From Gnetum montanum (Eukaryota > Plantae > Gnetophyta), in the NCBI GenBank assembly GCA_015680685.1, contig MNCI01000291.1, positions 73,853 through 137,852 of the forward strand: a stretch of 64,000 bases of DNA, in the 5' to 3' direction. The notes beneath the pieces are model-generated. The model was not told the origin of the DNA. It did not search any database and saw only the letters and a list, made by a program, of their open reading frames with translations. A program made the position numbers and the translations under genes. This document shows, piece after piece, positions 52,456 through 64,000 of the stretch. How positions within the stretch are numbered: the first letter of the stretch is position 1; each line of letters begins with the position of its first letter.

Positions 52456-54102
52456 TCATTTAGAAAGGAGAACATCCCTATTAGCTACAACTTGTGTTTT
52501 GCTAGTAGGTTTATCATTGTTATAAATATAGTTTGTAGCAACATCACTCACCTTCTCTTTTTTTTTTTTTTTAATTTCTACTAAAATTCTTTTAGTATAT
52601 CTTTTCATTTGAATTAATTGATATAGTCTTATGTTGGCTCTAATCCTTTTTAAATCTTCTATTATATCATACTTTCCTTCACCATAAAATCCCAACTTCC
52701 TAAACATTCTTGGGGTAAGATATTGTTAACTTTCTTCATTTGTTTGAGATATTTCCTTTGATATTTTTTTTTCTCAAAAGATTTTCTCAGTAGGTTAAAG
52801 TATTATATTTGGTGGTCTAGAGGTAGTCATCTTTACTTTTGTACTCTCAGTTCATATCTAGGCCCTTCATTGTTATTGAAATGATCTCTAGGTGAGTATC
52901 CTAATTCTAAGCCTTCAAATGTCTCAACACTAGATGATCTTTCTAAGTAACATACACTTGGGCATGCAAATTCCCTAAATTCGTCTTTAAATTATATTAT
53001 ATTTGAATCAATGAAGGCTACTTTTTCCTCAATATCTTTGAGCTTGACTTGGATATCTAATTTTCTATCTTTTCTAAATTTGTTACCTTCTTTAAATTTC
53101 ATTCTTGGCATAGCCTTTTCTAATTTGATAATTTTATTAATTTTTTTTTAAAAAAGTTTGTCTTTATCAGATTCTTCATTTCATAACTGAATAGATTTAC
53201 TGATTAAGGATAATGACTTAGGCTATGTAAAATTTTGGATGGGAAACATTACTTTTGGTGATTCCCTTTCTACAGGTTGTATGTCATCTAGAGTTAAACA
53301 TAATTGCCTTTTTTATTTTATGAACTCATTATAGAGGTTAGATAAATTATTAATGTTTGGAGTCCTATGTAGCCAAATTAAGATTCTAGGATCTATGACA
53401 TTCAAGTAAGCATCTCTTAAAACTTCATTACTAGGATAAAACTAATTTTGAAATAATCCACACACTCTTTGAAACTTAATGTTGAACTCTCTAATTGATT
53501 CCCTATTTACTTGTTTTATTTAAGTTAATTCACTATAAAGTTGATGTTGCTTAATATAATTTCAAAATTGGGCTATGAATAAATTTTTCATACCATCCCA
53601 ACTAGTAATTTTATTATTTGGTAAGTTTGTATACCAAATGTGAGTCATATTTCTAATGTTACCTATAAATAGTCTGTAAGCTTGATCATGATGTTGAATA
53701 TTTGCATGGAAAAGAGCTAATTCAAATATGTGTAGATATTCCTCTACTAAATACACTTTACTAGGGTAGTATGGTTCTAGTGGATATTTGTAAGCTATCT
53801 TAGGAATGTTGTGATGAGCATTGAACATTAAAGATGTGTAGTTGAAATGGGTTAATAGGAGGTGGGTTAGACATTATTTGTAAAGTATGATTTCTACTAG
53901 GTGAACCTATTTTCAACTTAGCTTTTCTCTTGAAAGAGAAATAATTAATCAAAGGCTATATCCTGTTTCACCATGTCTTTATACCACTACCTATGTTTCT
54001 AATTATGCTATCAGATTCTTCCTCCAATGAAGCTTTAGTCTTAAATTTGAATATGTTTGTTGGGCTTGTAAAATCTTCTTACTTATATGAGGATTCACTC
54101 AT
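52456..54102 (-). pseudogene. gag: gag of D
   Basis: ORF 53562-53828 reads EEYLHIFELAL..HHDQAYRLFIGNIRNMTHIWYTNLPNNKITSWDGMKNLFIAQF (retrotransposon gag). ORF 52456-52707 reads YDIIEDLKRIRANIRLYQL. Confidence 0.85.
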
Positions 54103-54265
54103 GAGTCAAAATTAATTATCATAATCTGACTTATAACCTAATTTAAATACAATCTAACTCATGCTAGAAAAAATAGTCTAAAATAGTACCTAATTTAACC
54201 TAATATATCCTAATAAATTTTAGTATGCTTTTACAACTTTTCCTCATTTTAGTACCATTTAAAGT

Positions 54266-57200
54266 TATCATTCCTTGTTTCTAGTGCTAGTTGAATTATT
54301 ATTCTCACAACACACCCTCTTTCTAGCACTAGTTAAGTAAGAAATTAGTTTTTGTGATTGCTCATTTTAGGTGGCTATTGATTCCTGGTACCACCAAGGT
54401 ATGGATACCTCCAAATATCTTTTTCTAGTATGAATGAGCTAAATATGGTTGATTGTATTTAACAATGAAAAATATTCAAAAGAATTTCTTGTCTTGTATA
54501 TAGGTAATAGCTATCCCCTTTAGCAATCTTTCAGCTTAATTATGGACAATTGAATAGCTTTCCTATAAGCCTATATTTAATTCTTCAATAACTACTATCA
54601 TAGATGAATGGTTTTATAGAGGATGTCAATCTTTAATTCTAAGCCATCTATTAGCAAACTTCCCATAGCTAGGTCGCAAAATTTTTGTTAAATAGAGTAA
54701 GAGAATAAGGCAGAAAATTATTTAAAAAGATCAAAATTTAAATAAAGATGACATTACTAGTATGTTAGACTGATTTAGAATGGACACTTATGAACACTAT
54801 CTTATTCAACCAAAATAATAGAATTAAGTTAAACCTCAGCTCATGGAGAAAACAACATGTTCCAAAAATAATATTTCATCCAAACACAACTATGGAATAT
54901 TTACACTAAACAAGTAAGAAAAAGCTATCCAATCTAATTGCTAACTGAAAGATGATAAATAGATAAAACCTATTTAAAATTCCATTAAGAAAAATTATTT
55001 TAGAAGCTTTCTTTCCGAATTCCTTAATTAGAAGCTCACTTCTCAAAGAACTAGTCCCTTTTTAACTTCTACTCTGGGCTTTATATATTAGTTAATGGTA
55101 GTTACACCTGTTATAAGAGTTAAGGCCATAACTGCCTCATGTTCTACTCATATAATTGTAAACCATTGGATAATTATTTGGTTTCTTGATAAATCCTATT
55201 TCTTTGAATTTGGAGTATCTCAATTGATAATTGTTGAGATAATATCTTGTGATTTAAGAGAGTCTTAAAAGCCTAATTAATTATATCTAGTTTAGTGTCA
55301 TTAAGCTTCTTTAAGACTTCTTTAGTGATTTTTTCTTCCAAACCTTATTTAGTTATGAAATTTGCTTCTTTTTTTTTTATAGTAGTTCTCACATTAGCAC
55401 AAACCTATTCCAATTCCAATTTCTTCTTAGTAGTTTCATTTATGATTCCAATAACTACCATTATCATCATATCCAAATAACCTTATTTGTATTGAGGTAA
55501 CAATTCTCTTTTAGCTCTAGCTAAATCAAACATTTCCTCTAGTTTTCTATTCATTTGTACAAATATGGATTATTTTTTCTCATGGATGTTATGAGAACTC
55601 TAGAGACACTCCTTTGCAATTCAATGGCATCTCTGTGCTACTGTTAGGTCTATTGTAGTTCTTGGCTTTGTTTGTCAATGGCTCTATAACTTTAAATTTT
55701 TCATAAACTTGCTTACTAATCCTAGATCTTTGTCTCTTAATTCACTCACTTGAGGATATGCTGTTCAAATCTATTTCGACACACATAAGCTTTGATTTTG
55801 TTGAGCTACTTCATTAAAAGCTTAAGAGTTTAGGCTTAGCATCTCAAGCTATTCTTGTTGATGTAGCTTCTATATTTATATATTCTTTTCTTAGTACTAA
55901 CATCAACTTGTAGAACCATGTAAACTTACTTGTAGAGTCAAGTTTAAGTTCTACAAACTATTTTACAAAAGAGCTAATGTGGTAGAGTAGTTCTTGAGCT
56001 TCCTCATAGAATCAGATTTTGGTTCTACAAGTTGTATTATAGCCTTTAGCTTTTACTCATAATATACTAAGCTAGATTAAAATTTAATGCACATGTGCAT
56101 AAATTAAAATTGTATCCTTTTTTGGGCATGAGATGAGATCTTCTTATCTTGACATGACTTGCAAAACCATTGTAGCTTTTCCTTGTAGAAAACAATTTCA
56201 GTTCTATGCTAAATATAAAATTTGATATGGCAAGGCTTCTGTAAAACCCATTTTTAGATTTGACTCTTCTAACTTGATAAAATTATTGACTTTTGAAGTT
56301 GATGTGGCTTATGGAACTAATTTAAAGCTTACTCATAGAGTCAAGTTCTAGTTTTGTAACTTCATTCTACAAAGGAGTTGGTGGATAAGAATGAGTTTAA
56401 TATTCTTTGTAGAATAAATTTTTAGTCCTACGTGTTGCATCATACTCTTTTGTCTCTACTTCATAACTTGGTAAGTTGGATTAAAATTATAGTATGCATG
56501 TATGTAAATTAAACTTGTAATCCTTGGTGGGTCTAAGATGAGCTTTGTTTATCCTGACATGACTTGTAGAACTAGTTTAGCTTTTCTTTGTAAGCCTATT
56601 TTTGGTTCTATAAACTAGCATTATATAGAAGATAAAATGGCAAATTTTTCTTGAGGTCGATGCTTTTGAATTTATTTTTCCAATTCAACAAGCTCATTAA
56701 TTTCACAAAGCTGATGTGATTCATAGAACCAATTTTTAAGTTAGTTTGTAAAGTTGAATTTTGGCTTCATAAACTAGTTCTATGAGCTGACATGGTAGAA
56801 TGACTTTCATACTTTCTTGTAGAACTAAATTTTGGTTCTATGAACAATGCCTTCTTTCCAAAGTCAACATGGTAAAATCATCTACAAGCCTCTTTGTAGA
56901 ACTGAATTTTAATTCTATTAGCCACATAATCAAAATTTTTCATCACAACACATGATGTTACTTAATCATTGATTTCTCAAAAATGAAACAAGTGCATAGT
57001 GTCCCTTCAGTGCTTTTGGAGGACTTTTATTTATAGATCCTTTTCATGAAACTAATTTTTGGTTCTATAGATCCTTTGCAACATAATTATTTGATGTGGT
57101 AGAATCAAAAAGTGTGTTTCTTGTAGAATCATTTTTTGATTTTATAAATAACAGCTCATTTTGAGCTCTTTCTTTGAACTATGACATGTGTTATAGAACT

Positions 57201-58369
57201 AATTTTAAACTTTTTCATAGAGCTAGATATAGGTTCGATATAATCATTCTACACAGGAGTTGACATAGTAGAACCAATTTCATATTTTCTTGTAAAACTG
57301 AATTTGGGTTTTATGAATTACATAATTAAACTCCTTCCTATCGTTACTCTAATCATTGATCTATCAAAGTAGGAAATTACTTAAGATCTTATTTATAGAT
57401 CCTTTTCATAGAATCATTTTTCAACATTATGAATCTTTCTATCTAAATAGAGCTAACTTGGTAGAACCATTTTTTGTGCTCTTTTGTAGAACTAGTTCTT
57501 GGTGCTACTGACCTACTTCATAAGATAGCTTACATGCCACATGGGACTCACATACAGAAAGCTAATTTCAATATTTCCTTATGCTTTAATCCTACAAAGC
57601 TAACTCGAGTAGACCCATTTTGTAGAGCCAATTTTTGGTTCTTTGAGCCTCCTTTATGAGTTGATGTGGCAATCATACTTAATGAACCCCATTTTTCTAG
57701 TCAATTTGGTTCAGAGTAGTTTTTGGAAACTCTTTCTAGAGCTAATCGTTGGTTTTGTTATGCCACTCTAAAATGAATTTGAAAAATTAAGTTAGATTCG
57801 AATCAAGCTCTTTTTCATAAAATGATAGGGTTTCTTTTTGCACTCAATCATTTATTATAATGCTAATCCTGTATTAAAATAAAACTATTCTTTAGGCTCT
57901 TTGAATCCATTTTCAATGGTCTCAATTCTAATAACAAATTGAAAAAGTGTCTCCATGGGCTAGGTTAAGCTTATACAAGTTCTATCTTTATATCTTATTC
58001 AACTATTCCACACAATGTTGGATATAATCCAAAACCCCAGCTTCTTAAATGACTTGAAACTTTATGAGCTTATATGATTAGTAGGGAAAAATATTTTTGG
58101 ATTGTTTATTTAGCTTTAAAACCTTTTATCCTAAAAATAAATTTTATTACAAAGACTTAAATCTTCATAACATCTCTATAGAAACTTCTATTGAAATTTA
58201 CCTTCACTTAGGGCTTGATTTTTGTACACTAATACAATGTGAAAAATATTATCTTAATATCATCGTGTGAGTATATCAATCTTAAAGTATTGGGATATTG
58301 TGCAAAGAAGTAAAGCCAATAATTCAAGTCCTTTTTTGTTCCATGAAAGTGACATTTGTTACAACAATA
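54266..58369 (-). repeat. LTR-a of D (5' LTR)
   Basis: Homology to LTR-b ends exactly at the TSD; PBS at ~54241-54257. Confidence 0.85.
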
Positions 58370-58772
58370 GTATCCTATTGGGTGAACACTTAAAGGAAGA
58401 TCAACAAGGATCAAAAGGAAGTTTTAGTTTACCTATCCTTCCATTGGTTTTACTTGTGGAATTTTTTATTGATTAAAATATTTAGTTGAACAAGCATTAT
58501 AAATAAATTAGCAATCCATTTAACCAAAAACAATGACTTCTGTATGTGATCATAGTATGTCATGTCATTTTAACCCTACATAGCTACATCAAATAGTATT
58601 TATTTATGCACTATGTTTTAATTCATAGATATAGAAAAAAGAGATAAATGATAAAATTTTAAAACATTTTTATAGCCTTGGTGTAATTGGGTTAGCAAAG
58701 AGGGAAGGGAACTTTCTATGCAAGTTATCCCTAGTAATTTACTATTGTCATTTTTCAACTAACATTTCATGC

Positions 58773-58958
58773 TTGTGCACTCATTCAAAAAATGAGCTTA
58801 CCCATCATATTATGGACTTATCAATTCATTTACTAATTGACCCATCCTCATCCTTTTGGAACCTTGAAGGCATAGCTAGCAAAGAAGTGAATATGCATAT
58901 ATACTATAGCATTTTTCACGAGTTTTCAAATAAGCTCATTCTTTGAATGAGTGCACAA
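58773..58958. repeat. 28-bp inverted repeat (27/28) with a 130-bp spacer; MITE-like or hairpin
   Basis: TTGTGCACTCATTCAAAAAATGAGCTTA (58773-58800) versus TAAGCTCATTCTTTGAATGAGTGCACAA (58931-58958). Confidence 0.75.
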
Positions 58959-59766
58959 CTCAGCCAACTAAAAATGACTTAGTTTAAGAAAATCATTATG
59001 TAGTATATGTGACTACCCCCTATCCATCACAACCTATAGGTAAGGTAAGTTACTTCATCCATTACCCATTATAGGTTGGTTACTTTATTATCCTCTATGA
59101 GCAAATACTATCATCAATTGGAAGAAGGAAGACCACTAGAGGAAGATGTGAAGATAGAAATCAATATGAGAGGTGATAAATATCTTGTATATTTTTGGGG
59201 ATAATTAGCATACTATAATTAGTAGGAAATATATTACTTCATTAAACATCCAAGAAATTGGAGATAGCATTCTATTGATGCTAGGTCATGAGCTAGTTTC
59301 TTTAGAGGTTTCTTTTATGTCCAGGTGTGCTATATGATCAACATAGCACTTGATTAGTTAAATATTATTAAGGTTTAGTTAGCACCATGCTAAATTTCTC
59401 CACTATTTTTTATTTTGTCCAATGTGAATTTACCTTTTACTAGTAGCTTTATTAAGAAATTTTCCATCCAGGAGGAGCTTTCTAAGTAAATAACTTAGTA
59501 GCTATATTAGAAACATTTTGGCTATATAATCATGTAAATTTTGAAAATTTAAAACCTAATTTTTTTCATAAATTCTTTCATTTGAATGAAAGAAAAGTAT
59601 TGATATTTCTATCTTTTATCATTGAAGGGATGACCATATGTTCAACTACCAAATAAATGATATGACTAAAGTGATTACAACATTGTAAATGCTTGAAATG
59701 GGATGAATGTAACTTACTTCATCAATAATGGATGGCTGACATAGCCTATTTAATTTAAAATTTCCT

Positions 59767-62700
59767 AGATAAAGATTTCCATTAGAGTAGTGATAAATTG
59801 TATTCTTCATCGGCTATGATATCAGAGCTACGTTATCGAATATCCAATATTGCAAGATGTGTGTGTACCTATAAATACAACACTTGGGTGCATGATCCAA
59901 ACATTCCTTTCCTTACTCATTAGAAAATCTCTTGTAGATTGTTTTCTCTAGAGTTAGAATATTTTCTAAGTGCTTGTAGTAGGAGTTGGAAAGTGTACGA
60001 ATTTTTATTCAAGCACTGATGTATCTGAACACCATAGTGTGAATGGCAATAAAGATGAGCTTTTCTTATCAAACCCTACAACACTTGGATTAGCTTAATG
60101 TTTACTTTATGCATTAATATTCATGCAATTTACTTCAATGTTTCTAAGTAATTAATTAATAACAATTAATTAAAGCACATAAGCATAACCATTTTGAGCA
60201 TACGTTAACATTTGATAATCCTAATAGCACTTAATGCTTGGTAACCAATGTTCTTCAAGATGTGTACAATAAATGGGAATGGATGCTTATGTTAGTATTA
60301 TTTAAGATATTAGTTAGTCATTAGATTAATTAAGCATTTAATTACTTTATTTTTAGCACTTAGGTGATTAAACCATAAAAGATAAAATGATAAAAATTAG
60401 ATGCCTCAGTTAGACTTAACCATACACTTGCACCTCACAAGTGGAACTGAGAAGACAACAATCATGTCTATTAGGTTCACCTCCTAGACCCAATGTACTT
60501 AGAGAGCTAAAATCTATGGAATTCAACCAGATCACTTAGTGAACACTAGTGATTCATATGATTAGATGTAGGGTATACTTTTTTCTCATCATTAGCACCA
60601 TTGTTAGAGACTTTAGTTAGCTATGTGTGTTATCTAGGACTTAGTGAAATTATTTAAAATCATTGTAACAAACCTTAAGATTGAAATCATTCAAAATAAT
60701 ACTAATAATAGTAAAATCACACTATTTTTTTCAAAAGCTAAAAAGTCTTCTTCTCACAGGGCTAATTCTCTATCACTGTTCAACCATATATCCAATTAAT
60801 AAAGATGTAGGGGGACAAATCCACCAATGCTCCAACAATTTAGAGTGGTATATACTCATCTTGATGAGTATCATCTAGGCTTCACCTTCATCCTACATCA
60901 AGATGAAAAATTCTAGTGGAGGGATATGGAGGGCAAGATTGTGTTGTTGTCCAATTGATCAATTCTTATGATGTTGCTCCAAACTTTGATGAGGTTGGAT
61001 ATCTAGGGGATCAATGATAAATACATTGTGCAAGACCACAACTATTAGGACTACCATCCCACTAAAGAACAACATAATAAAGGTTGGTAATAGGAGATAC
61101 ACTATGAAGCATCAAAGGAAAAATGGTTCAATAACCCCTTGTTCCTACTAGGCTAGAAAGATGGAGAGGATCCCTTCTTTGGGGGTTCTTAATTTACTAA
61201 CTCTCCTTCCATTGGTTTTAATGTAGGGGGCCTAAACTAGAACTTGTAGTCCATTGTAAACAATCCTAGTTTGGGCAAGAATGAGTCCCATGACCATGGG
61301 GGATCCAAATGTGGAAGTCATGTCAAGAACATGGACAAGCATCATGATGATGAAAGACATGATGATCATGATCATGATTGAAGAAGAGGGGATGGTAGGC
61401 ACTATGGTGATGCTAGTCCTCCTTCCTCTTGATCTTCAAAATCCTCTTCTTCCTCCTCTAGCTCTGATTGAGGTCACAGACAATGTCACTGTGATGGAGG
61501 TAATTGACAGGATATAGATGATCATAGGGCCCATCAAACTAGTAGAGACTAGGAACATGGATATTCAAGGGAGGCCCACCACCATGAAAGAAGGGACAAT
61601 AGAGGACATCATAGGTATCATGATCATCACAAAGGCCATGACTATGATGAGCCTTTACTTGCAACTAGGAACATGGTAAACATTGTAGAGGTTGTGAGGG
61701 TCCCAATGAGGCATGTGAAAGATAGTAGAATCAAGTGGTTGGATATGAATAATATTCCCAGTTTTGATGGGGGATACAACTTAGATCTATAGAATCATCT
61801 TCAAGTCTTTCATGATGCTTGTGCCCTATAGAATTTTAAAAATAAATGGCAAAATTAAAACTATTGCAAAGGATACTCATGAAAGAAGCTAAAAGTTGGT
61901 AGCAGTTCTTAGAGTTGGAATCAATTAGACATTAGAGTATGATTCTTGATCTCATTAATGACATCAAACATGCTCTTGAGTGTCCAACCTAAGAAAGTAG
62001 ATCCAAATTTGGAAACAAAGAATATATGAATCCTTAGATTTAGCCATGGAAAGGTACTATTCTCTCTTGCACCGATGTCTTGGCCATGGTTATTCTAAAA
62101 GAGAGTAGCTCCACGATATCATAGATGGGCTCCAAATAGAAACAAGGAGAACTCTTGGGGTCTATGCCTAAGGGAGAATTTTAGAACTTAGAGCCCATTA
62201 GATTCAAATATTGATTAATTAGGTTGCCAAAGAAGAAGGAAATTTGAGAAAAATAAAAAGTGTAAAGCAATATACCAAGATCCTTCCATCCATAAAAGTG
62301 AGGTACAATTCTATGATAATGAGAAAGAGGCACAACTTGATGAGGTGGTGCAATGTAAGACCTTGTTGATTTAAAAGACTATTTTCAAAATTTTAGCTAA
62401 GGTGGAAAAAATATGGGACTCCTTGGATAAAATGTTCCAAACTACTCTGAAAATAACAAAGGAATGCAAGAGGCAAAGTAGTGGTTATGATCATAGAAAA
62501 AGGAAGCTAAACATGACCATCAAAGGGGTAAGGGCAAGGCTATTATCATAGAGGAGGTTGCGGAATTTGAATCATATGATGATGGTGGATATGACATCCT
62601 AAGGGATAAGGGATGTTTCTCTTTCATGTCATACTTGTAGGAGTCTGGGGTGTATGCTTAAAATCCTAGATTGGCAAGAAGGCAACCACCTAGAAGGTTG

Positions 62701-64000
62701 CCTTATTCTTAAGGTAATCCTAAGTAGTTTTACCAATAGTAAGCCTACTATCCTAGTGGAGCTCCACCATAGTTGTACAATAATAGTAGTGGTAGCACCC
62801 ATAGTCATGGGGAATGCCACCATCAAGATAGTAGTACCCTTATTAGTAGCCTAATCTATATGGATACTATGTTTAATAGTCCATTTCTTCATGTGACTCT
62901 TCTAGTCATACTTTATTCTAGCATTCCTACTACCCTCTTGTATACTATAGAGTCCAATTTCCAAGAGGAGAATCCTCATTTTCTCATTATCCTCCTCATC
63001 CTTCTACACATGTCCCTCCATTATCAACTCAATTACCATCTACTCCATCAATGTCGGAGAATTCCAGCATAGTCACAACAATGTAATACCACTAGGGCTG
63101 TTAAATTATAGTTGGATCCTTAGCTAAGTGGTTCAGAAAATAAACCCCAAAAAGATCCTTTTTTGAACCAATAGTCCTACAAAGCCCTCACAAACACATG
63201 TGGCTAATGAACCTACTTCTCCCTCATCCTTTGATCCATTTATTTTTGAGAACCCTTCAAACCAAATGCCTTTCAAGATTTGTATCATCATGTTGATGCA
63301 TGTAGTTTTCAATTGGATTAAGGTTGGTTAACTTTCTAAAAAAAAGAACTAATCCTAGAAGTCCCCTTATCTATTTGCAAATCACTAAGAATGAGCCATG
63401 CAAGACTCTTCTAGACTTAGGTTTTAGTGTGAATTTGATTTCTCATGAAATGTACAATGCCTAGAACTTGCCTCTTTTCAAGAAGAGCAACATTGATCTT
63501 GAGTTGGTAGATCAATCCATCACTATTTCCTTGGGATTGATGAAGGACATTGTGACCACTATCTATGGGTGGTATTATCTTGTTGATTTCATGGTGATTT
63601 GAGTTAATAACTATAAGGAGGACTTCCCAATCATCATGGAAGAGCTTGGATAAGAACTGTTGATGGGTGGTTGGGCATTAGAGATATTTCCTTGAAGATT
63701 TCCAAGAAAAATATATTTTGGAAGATAGAGAATAAGTAATTTCCATGCATTGCATATAGTGATATAGGGTACAACTACATGTAGAAACTATGATATGTGA
63801 AAAGTACATTCATCACAACATGTAGGTAGTGTGTAGATGTGTCCAAAATTCAAAGTTGTTTGTACACAACAATTACAAAACAAGAGGGCACTTAGTGGTT
63901 GATAGCTAATCTTAATAGCAGCTCAGAAATATGCATAGAACTAACCAAGAGCCTTATGAGTGCTTGTGTTGAAGGCATAGATGAACTAAAGAAATTTCAT
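59767..64000 (+). mobile_element. Athila-like element F, related to A; 5' LTR, PBS, gag and protease, continuing beyond the window
   Basis: The LTR end GTGATTCATATGATTAGATGTAGGGTA..CTCATCA (60591) matches the reverse complement of A's LTR. PBS TAGCACCATTGTTAGAGA at 60593-60610. The LTR start is approximate. Confidence 0.82.
61280..63700 (+). pseudogene. gag and protease remnants of F
   Basis: ~61745 reads MNNIPSFDGGYNLDL*NHLQVFHDACAL, matching A gag. ~63400-63650 reads LLLDLGFSVNLISHEMY..LELVDQSITISLGLMKDI..YYLVDFMVI, an Athila-type protease. Confidence 0.82.

Larger units (their letters stand above)
39630..58369 (-). mobile_element. Three-LTR tandem Ty3/gypsy structure D (non-chromovirus, OTA/Tat-like): LTR-internal-LTR-deleted internal-LTR
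   Basis: Three homologous ~4-kb blocks, two gag copies and one pol. Outer termini TGTTGT...ACAATA (ACAACA in the middle copy), with perfect TSD GTATC at 39625-39629 and 58370-58374. Confidence 0.88.

Noticed and set aside
41260-57760. Palindromic repeats with variable spacers resembling a CRISPR array
   Set aside because: The repeats are highly degenerate and irregularly spaced, and the spacers recur in all three LTR copies. There are no cas genes and the context is a plant retrotransposon.

Overview
The window is AT-rich, strongly CpG-depleted plant (eukaryotic) heterochromatin-type DNA made almost entirely of old, nested Ty3/gypsy LTR retrotransposons. I see no intact host gene, RNA gene or CRISPR array. 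Reconstructed layout: (1) a CRM-like chromovirus on the minus strand (1-~13450), whose protease is split by a pol-less Athila-like element (1436-8495) and whose 5' LTR holds a younger solo LTR (10321-12994, TSD CAAAC). (2) A 17.8-kb Tekay-like chromovirus (16694-34487, TSD GGGAG) carrying a nested protease-only Tat-like element (23111-30877) and a decayed antisense, intron-containing gene between its PBS and gag (~31715-33818). (3) An 18.7-kb three-LTR tandem OTA/Tat-like structure (39630-58369, single TSD GTATC); its ~4-kb LTRs contain arrays of a GTAGAACC...GGTTCTAC palindrome and a conserved decayed reading frame. (4) The 5' part of a second Athila-like copy on the plus strand (~59767-64000). 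All coding regions are pseudogenised, mostly by C>T/G>A transitions. Boundaries were read by eye and lineage names come from remembered motifs, not database searches.
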